DNA of 64,000 nt from the NCBI GenBank assembly GCA_002352465.1, contig DEIN01000017.1, positions 777 to 64,776 of the forward strand. Direction: 5' to 3'. Positions within the stretch are counted from its first letter, which is position 1. Every line of letters begins with the position of its first letter. Position numbers and translations under genes: made by a program. This DNA is from Patescibacteria group bacterium UBA2773 (GTDB lineage: Bacteria; Patescibacteriota; Minisyncoccia; Moranbacterales; DUUL01). The notes below the pieces were generated by a model. The model searched no databases, was not told the DNA's origin, and saw only the letters and a list, made by a program, of their open reading frames with translations. This document shows, piece after piece, positions 28,904 to 37,018 of the stretch.

Positions 28904-29863
28904 ATGACAGCTAAAACAGTAGCTAAAACAGCGGCTAAAATAGAATTATTGATTCTTTCTCCGCGAGTATTTTCGGGAAAGGCTGGAAAAACTTTAAATA
29001 TGCTTGAAAATGGTTTGAAAAAAGAAGCGTTGAGTTTTAAAATTTCCACTTTTAAGGAGATGGAGATTTTTATGGAAAAAGGTCAGCTGGATATTTTTTT
29101 TGGAGGGTTGAATCTAAATGAATTCGAGAATATATTTTTTAGAAAAGTCGGTTTTAATAAAGAATTGGCTTTTTTGATTTCAAAATTATCGATTGAAAAA
29201 GGAATAAATTTTATTGATAAGCTTTATGCTCAATTTTATAGTTCTACTAAGCTCACTCAAACATTTTTATTTCACTTAAAAGGGATTAATGCTCCCAAGA
29301 CTTATTTTTCACCAGTTTATGACGAAAAAAAGCTTATTAAGGCTGGTAAATTTTTGGGTTTTCCTTTTGTTGCTAAAGAATGTAATACTTCGCAGGGAGC
29401 AGGCGTATTTCTTGTCGAAAATGAAAATCAAATAAAGGAAAGGATAACAGCGTTTGCGGATAAGCAAATTATTTTGCAAGAATTTATTGAAAATAATTTT
29501 GAATATAGGGTTCTTATTATGGGGGGCGAAATTGTTGATGTTGAAAAAAAGACTAGAGATAAAAATTCAAGTGAATTTAGAAATAATGTTCATTTGGGTG
29601 CAACGGAGGAGTTTTTAGATGTGAAAATTTTTGATGAAAGTGGAAAAGAGTTAGCTTTTAGGGCTTCGAATGCTTTGGATATTCAGATTGCGGGAGTAGA
29701 TATTATTGAAGATTTGAAAGGAAATAGATTCGTTACTGAAGTAAACAGCACTCCAGGCTTTACACATGATGAAAAAATTTCTGATGAAATCCCTAATTTA
29801 ATAAATTTTTTGAAAAAATGGGCAAAAAAAAGTAATTTTTTAGTGTCAAATTTAATATTTTGA
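28904..29863 (+). CDS. ATP-grasp ligase, RimK-like (paralog 2)
   Basis: FPFVAKECNTSQGAGV..., EYRVLIMGGEIV, VDIIED..FVTEVNSTPG: an ATP-grasp fold. Confidence 0.6.
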   Translation: MTAKTVAKTAAKIELLILSPRVFSGKAGKTLNMLENGLKKEALSFKISTFKEMEIFMEKGQLDIFFGGLNLNEFENIFFRKVGFNKELAFLISKLSIEKGINFIDKLYAQFYSSTKLTQTFLFHLKGINAPKTYFSPVYDEKKLIKAGKFLGFPFVAKECNTSQGAGVFLVENENQIKERITAFADKQIILQEFIENNFEYRVLIMGGEIVDVEKKTRDKNSSEFRNNVHLGATEEFLDVKIFDESGKELAFRASNALDIQIAGVDIIEDLKGNRFVTEVNSTPGFTHDEKISDEIPNLINFLKKWAKKSNFLVSNLIF

Positions 29864-29981
29864 ATTAAAAATGTTTTCTGATTTTTTATTAACTGGGGTT
29901 AGAATTTTAACCCTTGGTGGTGATAAAAACAGAAAAAATAAATAAATTAAATTTAGATTTTAATTGTAATTAAATATTTTT

Positions 29982-30878
29982 ATGAAATTTTGTATAATAA
30001 TCTCAGATCCAACGGCTTATGCCCCGGAACGATTAGCGGAAGAAATTAAAAAAAGTGGGCATGAGCTCGCGGTCGTTCATTGGAGCGATATAACATTAAA
30101 CACGGAAAGCAGACAAATTTATTTTGGTTTAAGTAAAGGGGGGTCTTTAAATGATTTTGATTTTATTATTCCAAGAAGTGGAAGATACACTAAAGATCTT
30201 GGAGAAAAAAAGATTCTAAAAGATTATACTTTTTTGTTGAAACTTATTGCTCAATATGAGCCTTTCGCTAAGTATTCATTATTAAATGCTGAATATTACA
30301 GAAATTTGTCTGGAACGGATAAATTGACGCAACAATTTATTTTTGCCTTAAGGAATCTTCCTGGCATTGAGACAAGTTTTAACGGTGAATTCAGCCAATT
30401 TTTAACGGATGAATATCCTTTTGTCGCTAAAACTATTCAGGGGAGTAAAGGAGAAGGCGTGGAAAGAATAGAAAATAAAGAGCAACGGGATATTTTTATT
30501 GGTCAAAATAGAAACAATTTGAATTTTTTTATTAAACAAAAATATTATCAAATAGATTCTGATTATAGAATTTTGGTTTTAGGAGATAAGGTTCTGGGTG
30601 GTATCCGGAGATTTTCTGAGAAAAATCAATGGAAAACTAATTTTTCAGCGGGAGGCAGTGTCGAAAAATATGAAATTGGTAATGACTTGAAAGAAATTGC
30701 TTTAAAAACTGCAAAGTTAATGAATTTAGATTATGTCGGGATAGATTTTCTCAAGGACGGAAATAATTTTAAAATTATTGAAACTAATGCACTTGCTCAA
30801 TTTAAGGGATTTGAATCTGTGAATAAGGAGGTGAATGTTGCTAAGGAGATCATAGATTTTATAATGTTTAAAAAATAA
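29982..30878 (+). CDS. ATP-grasp ligase, RimK-like (paralog 3)
   Basis: YPFVAKTIQGSKGEGV, DYRILVLGDKVLGG, GIDFLKDGNNFKIIETN: an ATP-grasp fold. Confidence 0.6.
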   Translation: MKFCIIISDPTAYAPERLAEEIKKSGHELAVVHWSDITLNTESRQIYFGLSKGGSLNDFDFIIPRSGRYTKDLGEKKILKDYTFLLKLIAQYEPFAKYSLLNAEYYRNLSGTDKLTQQFIFALRNLPGIETSFNGEFSQFLTDEYPFVAKTIQGSKGEGVERIENKEQRDIFIGQNRNNLNFFIKQKYYQIDSDYRILVLGDKVLGGIRRFSEKNQWKTNFSAGGSVEKYEIGNDLKEIALKTAKLMNLDYVGIDFLKDGNNFKIIETNALAQFKGFESVNKEVNVAKEIIDFIMFKK

Positions 30879-30890
30879 AAATTAGTAAAA

Positions 30891-31832
30891 ATGGATAAAA
30901 AAAAGCTAGTTATGTTTTTTGGGAAAAGAAGAAGCGAACCAGATCCTTTTTTGACTTTAGGTAATAAAAGGTCTGTCTATTATGATTTTTTTGATAAAGG
31001 GTTGGAGTTGGGATTAAGAGTTTTTTTGGCCAACGGTAGAGAATCTTACAGAAAAGGACTTGTTTTTGAAAATGTTCTAGAGTACAAAGGGAAGGAAATT
31101 TTTGAAAAAAACAAAGAAGAAATAACAGCCGATTTTGTGTATGATAGAAGCGGGGGGATATCTTTTCCAAATAAAAAAATAAGTTCAAAAGTAATAAATG
31201 GGATTGAATTTAAAAAAATTTGTTGCGATAAATTTAAGACTTATAAATTTTTGGGAGATAGCTACATGAAGAAAACTTATTCTATAAAAAATATTATCGA
31301 ACTTAAGGAAATGTTTAAAAAGATTAATCTTAATAATAAATATTTTTTGAAACCAAAAGATGGGTTAGGAGGTAAAGGAATTTTTTTTGGTTATGCAAAA
31401 GATCTTCTCTCCATCAACTTGAATAAAAAAGATTGTTATGTTTTGCAAGAATTTATAGACACTTCATCAGGAATCGAAGGAATCGTAAAAGGACTTCACG
31501 ACTTAAGAATTGTTTTTATTGGAGAAAAGATTGTCTGGTCTCACGTTAGAAGCCCTAGGGAAGGGACTTTTCTTTCGAATGTTTCTCAAGGTGGAAGGAT
31601 TATTGAAATTGATCCGAAAAGAATTCCAAAGAAAATTTTAGAAAAAGCGACATTAATACAAAAATTAATAACTTCAAAATATGGTAAATCAATTTTTTCT
31701 ATTGATTTTGGAATTGAAAATGGAGAACCTTTTGTTTTTGAATTAAATGATAGAATTGGTTTTCCGACAGAAAAAATGGAAAGTAAAACAATTTTTATAA
31801 ACGAATTATATAATTTGCTATCGAAAATTTAA
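30891..31832 (+). CDS. ATP-grasp ligase, RimK-like (paralog 4)
   Basis: YFLKPKDGLGGKGIFF, DLRIVFIGEKIV, FSIDFGIENGEPFVFELN: an ATP-grasp fold. Confidence 0.55.
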   Translation: MDKKKLVMFFGKRRSEPDPFLTLGNKRSVYYDFFDKGLELGLRVFLANGRESYRKGLVFENVLEYKGKEIFEKNKEEITADFVYDRSGGISFPNKKISSKVINGIEFKKICCDKFKTYKFLGDSYMKKTYSIKNIIELKEMFKKINLNNKYFLKPKDGLGGKGIFFGYAKDLLSINLNKKDCYVLQEFIDTSSGIEGIVKGLHDLRIVFIGEKIVWSHVRSPREGTFLSNVSQGGRIIEIDPKRIPKKILEKATLIQKLITSKYGKSIFSIDFGIENGEPFVFELNDRIGFPTEKMESKTIFINELYNLLSKI

Positions 31833-31929
31833 ATCATAGTAAAGGAATAAAAATCTTTGCAAAAAAATCTTAAAAATGCGATAATGGGAAAGATAAAAGA
31901 GAATTAAATATTTCTTAACTTTTTAGGTT

Positions 31930-34437
31930 ATGGTGAAGAAAATTTTGAATAAAATAATTGATTTTGTGTTTAGCAAAAAGATTCTGAAATTTTTTGGAAT
32001 CCTTTTCGGTATTGGATTTTTGATAGTGGCGGGAGTGTTTATCTTTTTTATGAAAGATTTGCCGGATCCAGCTAAAATTAATAAAAGAACGATTAATGAA
32101 TCAACTAAAATTTATGACCGAACAGGACAGCATTTGTTGTATGAAATTCATGGAGAAGAGAATCGAACTTTGATTTCGATTGATCAGGTTCCGGATATTG
32201 TTAAGTACGCAACGATTGCCTTGGAAGATCAAGATTTTTATAATCACAATGGAGTTGATTTTCGGGGAATTATCCGAGCGGCAATCAAAGATGTTCTACA
32301 AAGAAAAATTGCTCAAGGTGGTTCAACTATCACTCAGCAATTTGTGAAAAACTCGATTTTGACTTCGGAGAAAAGAGTTTCTCGAAAAGTTAAAGAGATT
32401 GTGCTGGCTTTGGAAATTGAACAGAAATTTTCCAAAGAAGAGATTTTGCAAATGTATTTAAACGAAATTCCTTATGGTTCGAATGCCTATGGAATTGAAG
32501 CGGCTTCTCAGACTTTTTTTGGAAAACATGCTAGTGAGTTGACTTTGGGTCAATCAGTTCTTTTGGCTTCCCTGCCAAATGCGCCGACTTTTTATTCACC
32601 TTTTGGTTCTAATACTGACCGATTGGTAGTTCGTTGGAAATCAGCTTTGAGTAAGATGGCTAACTTGGGATATATCACTGAAGAACAGGCGAAAAATGTA
32701 GCAGAAGAAGATATTTTGGATCAAATTCAATTAGTTAAAGATGATATTAGGGCGCCTCATTTTGTGATGCACGTGAAAGAGCAATTAGTGGAGGAATTTG
32801 GAGAAGATGAAATGGAAAAAATTGGAATGAGTGTCTATACGACTTTGGATTGGAATTATCAACAAATTGCTGAAGAAGTGTTACGAGAAAAGGTTGATGA
32901 GATTGGTGAGCAATACGGTTTTTCTAATGCAGCTTTAGTGGCGCTTAATCCTCAAAATGGTCAAATTTTGGCGATGGTTGGTTCTAAAGATTATTTCAAT
33001 AAAGAAATCGATGGAAATGTCAACGTGGCTACTCGCTTCAGACAACCGGGGTCTTCTTTTAAACCTTATGTTTATGCTCAAGCCTTGGAGATGGGTTATA
33101 CTCGTAAAAGTATCACTTTTGACGTAGAAACTAATTTTAATACTAACGATGATGAGGAGGACGATTATGTTCCTCGAAATTATTTAGGAAACTTTAACGG
33201 CCCAGTCCAGTTGGAAGATGCTTTGGCGACTTCGTTGAATATTCCAGCGGTTAAATTTTTATATTTAGTCGGGCCAAAAAAAGCGGTTAATTTTGCTAAA
33301 TCAATGGGAATTGAGGGTTTAAATGAACCAGATAAATATGGTTTGTCCTTGGTGTTGGGAGGCGGAGAAGTTAAATTATTAAATCACGTTGGAGCTTTTG
33401 GTGTTTTTGCTAATGAAGGGAAAAAGCAAGAAAAAACTGCTATTTTAAGAATTGAAGACTCTAAAGGAGAAATTATTAGAGAATTTCAAAAACAGGAAGG
33501 GAAACAAATAATTAAAAGAGAAACTGCGCTAGAGATAACTGATATTCTTTCGGACAATAAACTTCGGGCGCCATTGTTTGGTACAAACAATCTTTTGAAT
33601 ATTCCTGGTCATCAAGTAGCGGCTAAAACTGGAACAACCAATGAATATCGAGACGGTTGGTTGTTGGGAGCAACACCTTCATTGGCGATAGGCGTTTGGA
33701 CGGGAAATAATGATAATACCGCAATGAAAGAGGGTTCCAGTGGTTCTAGTACAGCTGGCCCGATTTGGAATGCTTTTATGAAAAGAGCCTTGGAAAATAA
33801 ACAGGCAGAAAAGTTTAATGGTCCGGAAGAATTTGAAAAAATTGGGATTGATATTTTAGACGGAGAATTAGAAGTGAAGCAGGAACTGAAAGTTTGCGAA
33901 TATGAAAAAGATAAGTTTTGTTTAGAAAATAGTTCTTGTCCTGATAGTTTAGTGGAGAAGAAAGATTTTTATGATGCTCATACTATTTTGTATTATGTTG
34001 ATAAAGATAGTCCGACCAAAGAGGACAGCAATTCTAAAAGTGACTCGCAATATAAAGGTTGGCAAAAAGGTGTTGATAAATGGGTTGAAGATCAAGAAAA
34101 GGACGAAGAGCAAAGAGAGCTTCCCGAAAAAGAGTGCAAGGATGATTATTTTGAAGACTACAAAGTTGAAATTAAAATAACTAGTCCAAGCAACGATGAT
34201 ACGATTGACAGCAAGGATTTGAAAGTTTCTACTAAAATAGACGGGGATGGCAAAGTCAAAGAGGTTGAATTTTATATTGATGGTAAATCGGTTGGCAAAG
34301 ATGGCAATTCGCCTTATAATCTCAGCTATGAAATTCCAGACAGTAAAAATGGGGGAAAAATAGAAATTAGGGCGAAGGTTAGGGATGATGATGGTGGGGA
34401 TGACGAAGACAAAATAAAAATCAAAGTAAATTTTTAG
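31930..34437 (+). CDS. Class A penicillin-binding protein (PBP1A-type transglycosylase/transpeptidase) with a C-terminal Ig-like extension
   Basis: GT51 motifs (EDQDFYNHNGVD, GGSTITQQ). The transpeptidase region is present (SSFKPYVY...KTGTTN). The C-terminal ~200 aa are acidic and beta-rich. Confidence 0.85.
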   Translation: MVKKILNKIIDFVFSKKILKFFGILFGIGFLIVAGVFIFFMKDLPDPAKINKRTINESTKIYDRTGQHLLYEIHGEENRTLISIDQVPDIVKYATIALEDQDFYNHNGVDFRGIIRAAIKDVLQRKIAQGGSTITQQFVKNSILTSEKRVSRKVKEIVLALEIEQKFSKEEILQMYLNEIPYGSNAYGIEAASQTFFGKHASELTLGQSVLLASLPNAPTFYSPFGSNTDRLVVRWKSALSKMANLGYITEEQAKNVAEEDILDQIQLVKDDIRAPHFVMHVKEQLVEEFGEDEMEKIGMSVYTTLDWNYQQIAEEVLREKVDEIGEQYGFSNAALVALNPQNGQILAMVGSKDYFNKEIDGNVNVATRFRQPGSSFKPYVYAQALEMGYTRKSITFDVETNFNTNDDEEDDYVPRNYLGNFNGPVQLEDALATSLNIPAVKFLYLVGPKKAVNFAKSMGIEGLNEPDKYGLSLVLGGGEVKLLNHVGAFGVFANEGKKQEKTAILRIEDSKGEIIREFQKQEGKQIIKRETALEITDILSDNKLRAPLFGTNNLLNIPGHQVAAKTGTTNEYRDGWLLGATPSLAIGVWTGNNDNTAMKEGSSGSSTAGPIWNAFMKRALENKQAEKFNGPEEFEKIGIDILDGELEVKQELKVCEYEKDKFCLENSSCPDSLVEKKDFYDAHTILYYVDKDSPTKEDSNSKSDSQYKGWQKGVDKWVEDQEKDEEQRELPEKECKDDYFEDYKVEIKITSPSNDDTIDSKDLKVSTKIDGDGKVKEVEFYIDGKSVGKDGNSPYNLSYEIPDSKNGGKIEIRAKVRDDDGGDDEDKIKIKVNF

Positions 34438-34439
34438 AA

Positions 34440-34550
34440 GGGCGAAACCAGCTGTTCGGCACATTTCTTTGTCAAAAACTCCGTTGCTTTTCGATGTACC
34501 TCGGTACATCTCATACGCTACTCGTTTTTTCCTCGAACTGCACTCAAACA
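34440..34550. repeat. Dispersed repeat family 1 copy (REP/MITE-like, with conserved hairpin gatgtacc-tc-ggtacatc)
   Basis: ggcacatttctttgtcaaaaactccgttgcttttcgatgtacctcggtacatctcatacgctactcgtttttcctcgaactgcactcaaa, 3 nt after the PBP stop. Confidence 0.75.
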
Positions 34551-34573
34551 ACTGATTTCTGTAAATCGTTGAT

Positions 34574-34936
34574 TTGATTGAAAAGATAAATTTTAATAAA
34601 TTTAAAAATATGGAAAATAATCAAAATAGTTGTTCAATTTGTCATCGGGAAATTTTGCCGGAGTATTATTTTTGTCCAAATTGTGGAAATAACTTAAGAG
34701 AAAAACCGGCTGAAATAACGATGGTGATGCAAATTGGTTGGTATGCCTTAGCAATTTTTTTACCGCCTTTTGGTTTGTGGCCAGGGATTAAATATTTGAT
34801 TAAAAAAGATGTTCAAGCCAGAAGAATGGGTTTAATGATGATCATTCTTACTTTGGTGTCAACTATTTTTATGATTTGGTCGATTTTTAAACTTTTGGGA
34901 AGTTATCTTGAAATATTAAATGGTGCATTGTATTGA
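34574..34936 (+). CDS. Zinc-ribbon plus 2-TM small membrane protein
   Basis: CSICHRE...CPNCGN followed by two hydrophobic helices. The start could instead be the internal Met at ~34610. Confidence 0.4.
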   Translation: MIEKINFNKFKNMENNQNSCSICHREILPEYYFCPNCGNNLREKPAEITMVMQIGWYALAIFLPPFGLWPGIKYLIKKDVQARRMGLMMIILTLVSTIFMIWSIFKLLGSYLEILNGALY

Positions 34937-34999
34937 GTAAAATAAAGTTATTTAAAAAGAACGTTCTATAGAACGTTCTTTTTAAATTATTGAGAGTAA

Positions 35000-35383
35000 C
35001 TATTTTTTTAAGGAATTTCGTATTTCTCTTAATAGTAAAATGTTTTCGGTTGGTTTGATTGGTTTTGCTTTTTCTTTTTTCTCTAATTTATTAAGTTGTT
35101 TGATTACAACGAAAATCACAAAAGCAATGATTAGAAAATCAATGACAGAGTTAATAAAAAGTCCGTAGTTGAGTGTGACGGCAGGATTTGTCGCAGTGGC
35201 TTTCTTGAGAGTCAAAGCCAGGTTGGAGAAATCAATTCCTCCAAGTAGGACTCCAATTAGAGGCATAATGATGTCTGAGACAAGCGAGCTGACGATTTTA
35301 CCAAAAGCGGTTCCGATAATAACTCCAACTGCTAAATCAATCACGTTGCCCTTGAGGGCAAATTTTTTAAATTCTTTAAGCAT
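35000..35383 (-). CDS. mscL: Large-conductance mechanosensitive channel
   Basis: [41 protein letters not shown]... is near-identical in pattern to the MscL N-terminus. The internal Met start is preferred over the longer ORF. Confidence 0.9.
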   Translation of the reverse strand: MLKEFKKFALKGNVIDLAVGVIIGTAFGKIVSSLVSDIIMPLIGVLLGGIDFSNLALTLKKATATNPAVTLNYGLFINSVIDFLIIAFVIFVVIKQLNKLEKKEKAKPIKPTENILLLREIRNSLKK

Positions 35384-35612
35384 AAATTTATTTTTAATTA
35401 AATAGTCTAGGGTTGTTTCCTTCAAAGTTTTAGTTAGTTGTTATTTATTTCACTGAATTAATCATTAAGTACACTCTTATTTGACAGATAATTCGCCATT
35501 ATATTACACAAACAACAACTGACTAAGGCAATGTTCTTAATAGAATTGATGATATTATGATTTTATCATTTAGGGATTAAATAAGCAATTGGTTTGAGTT
35601 GTGAATAAAAAT

Positions 35613-36131
35613 CTAGTCTATTTTAATGTCAAAAGCATCTAGCAATCGAACAACTTCAGGGAAGGAGAATTTGGTTTTTTTGAGCAGATTGCCGCTGGGA
35701 TTGATGTTGTAATTTTTAGCGTTTTTAAAAGAAGCGGAGCTTAAATTGGCATTTTGAAAACGAGTTTTTTTGAATTCAGAATGTTCAAAATTGGCCCCTG
35801 TCAAATCAGTATTGACAAAATCGCATTCAAAGATTTGGCAATTTTCAAATTTGGTTTTTTTTAGTTTTAAATCGGAAAAAGTGCACATTGAAATCAGGCA
35901 ATTTTCAAAATTAAAACTTAAAATGAGATGACTACAATCCAAAAAATTCAAGCCGAGCAATTTGCAATCTTTGAAATTGACATTTTGAATTCGAGCATTT
36001 CGGAGATTGACATTAGAAAGATTGCAGTCGATGAAAGAGCAATCAATGAAAGTTGAATTTTTAAAAGATTTATCGGTAAAATCTTGGTTTTTGAAAATAT
36101 GATTTTCAAAATTTTTATTTTGATGAGACAT
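35613..36131 (-). CDS. Pentapeptide-repeat protein
   Basis: Tandem A(D/N)LxX pentapeptides run throughout (NLSNVNLRNARIQNVNFKDCKL...). Confidence 0.75.
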   Translation of the reverse strand: MSHQNKNFENHIFKNQDFTDKSFKNSTFIDCSFIDCNLSNVNLRNARIQNVNFKDCKLLGLNFLDCSHLILSFNFENCLISMCTFSDLKLKKTKFENCQIFECDFVNTDLTGANFEHSEFKKTRFQNANLSSASFKNAKNYNINPSGNLLKKTKFSFPEVVRLLDAFDIKID

Positions 36132-36294
36132 TTATTTAATTAAAATATTTTGGTTAATTTTATCACAAAAGAGGCAAAAAATAAATATCTTTTGTTTGAT
36201 TAAATAAAAAGAGAATAGTCTTGACTATTTAGCTATAAAATCATATAATATTTTTTGTTGTGATAAAACTATTTTTTTGCTATTTTAAATTTAT

Positions 36295-36367
36295 GGGCGC
36301 ATAGCTCAGTTGGTAGAGCAACGGCCTTTTAAGCCGATGGTCGGGGGTTCAAATCCCTCTGCGCCCA
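36295..36367 (+). tRNA. tRNA-Lys (anticodon UUU)
   Basis: The cloverleaf folds: a 7-bp acceptor stem (GGGCGCA/TGCGCCC), D-stem GCTC/GAGC, anticodon loop CTTTTAA, T-loop TTCAAAT. CCA is not encoded. Confidence 0.9.
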
Positions 36368-36373
36368 CAAAAA

Positions 36374-36394
36374 AGACCCACAGGGTCTTTTTTC
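36374..36394 (+). terminator. Hairpin followed by a T6 run 3' of tRNA-Lys
   Basis: agaccc-aca-gggtct followed by tttttt. Confidence 0.6.
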
Positions 36395-36396
36395 TT

Positions 36397-36416
36397 TGGG
36401 CGCAGAGGGATTTGAA
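36397..36416. repeat. Inverted copy of the tRNA-Lys 3' end (T-arm plus acceptor)
   Basis: tgggcgcagagggatttgaa is the exact reverse complement of ttcaaatccctctgcgccca. Confidence 0.8.
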
Positions 36417-36533
36417 AGACGTAGGTGCAAGGTTGAGCGCTGGCGAGGAATTAAAGAGAGTTTGGCGAGCTTGGGCAGGGAGCGCTTAGTGAAAACAAGC
36501 CTTTAGGCGATGTTTGAATTTAGCGACTCGACG

Positions 36534-36552
36534 TCAAATCCCTCCGCGCCCA
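36534..36552. repeat. Direct copy of the tRNA-Lys 3' end (18/19 identity), att-site-like
   Basis: tcaaatccctccgcgccca versus tcaaatccctctgcgccca, 166 bp downstream of the tRNA. Confidence 0.75.
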
Positions 36553-36597
36553 TTTTTAGATATGCCCATAAAATAAAATCTTGATTTTTTTCTTGAT

Positions 36598-36629
36598 TTA
36601 CGTAATCATTTACGTAAATGATTACGTAA
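36598..36629. promoter_or_regulatory. 32-bp perfect palindrome with three TTACGTAA boxes (candidate operator overlapping the promoter of the downstream AbrB-like gene)
   Basis: ttacgtaa-tcat-ttacgtaa-atga-ttacgtaa. It is preceded by a direct repeat cttgattt x2 (a -35-like TTGATT) and lies 30 nt upstream of the ATG at 36660. Confidence 0.5.
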
Positions 36630-36659
36630 ATAGTTTTAAATAAAAATTAAAATAAAAAA

Positions 36660-36839
36660 ATGGGAGATAAAGATTCGAGAAACAAAAATATCAGAAAGTT
36701 GACTAAAGTTGGTCAACATTCAATTTCAGTTACTCTGCCAATTGATATGGTTAGAAATCTTGGTTGGAGAGAAAAGCAAAAAGTTGTTGTTAGTCTACGA
36801 GGAGACACTATCAAAATTAAAGATTGGCGGAGAAAGTAG
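36660..36839 (+). CDS. AbrB/SpoVT (swapped-hairpin) family small DNA-binding protein (MazE/antitoxin-like), 59 aa
   Basis: ISVTLPIDMVRNLGWREKQKVVVSLRGDTIKIKDW matches the looped-hinge helix AbrB-type domain. It falls below the 60-aa ORF-track cutoff. A terminator-like imperfect hairpin lies at 36868–36897. Confidence 0.5.
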   Translation: MGDKDSRNKNIRKLTKVGQHSISVTLPIDMVRNLGWREKQKVVVSLRGDTIKIKDWRRK

Positions 36840-37018
36840 CAATTTTATCGAAAAATATTACTAATTTTATTATTAAGTGACGGTCGTTACTTAATAATAA
36901 AAAAATAAATGAGATATTTTAATTAAAGTTGAAAAATTAAAATGAAAAAATTTGCTCTTGAAAATAACTAATTTTCTTATAAAATTAGCTTATGAGGTTA
37001 AAATAATAAAAATAAAAA

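Noticed and set aside
33949-34551. 200-aa minus-strand ORF overlapping the PBP C-terminus and a repeat element
   Set aside because: It is antisense to the PBP acidic tail and extends across an intergenic repeat, so it is an artefact.
36417-36533. GC-rich spacer between tRNA-Lys 3'-end copies considered as a second tRNA or tmRNA
   Set aside because: No 5' acceptor strand complementary to the gcgccca end is present and no cloverleaf can be drawn. It is kept only as a possible integration remnant or ncRNA in the findings.
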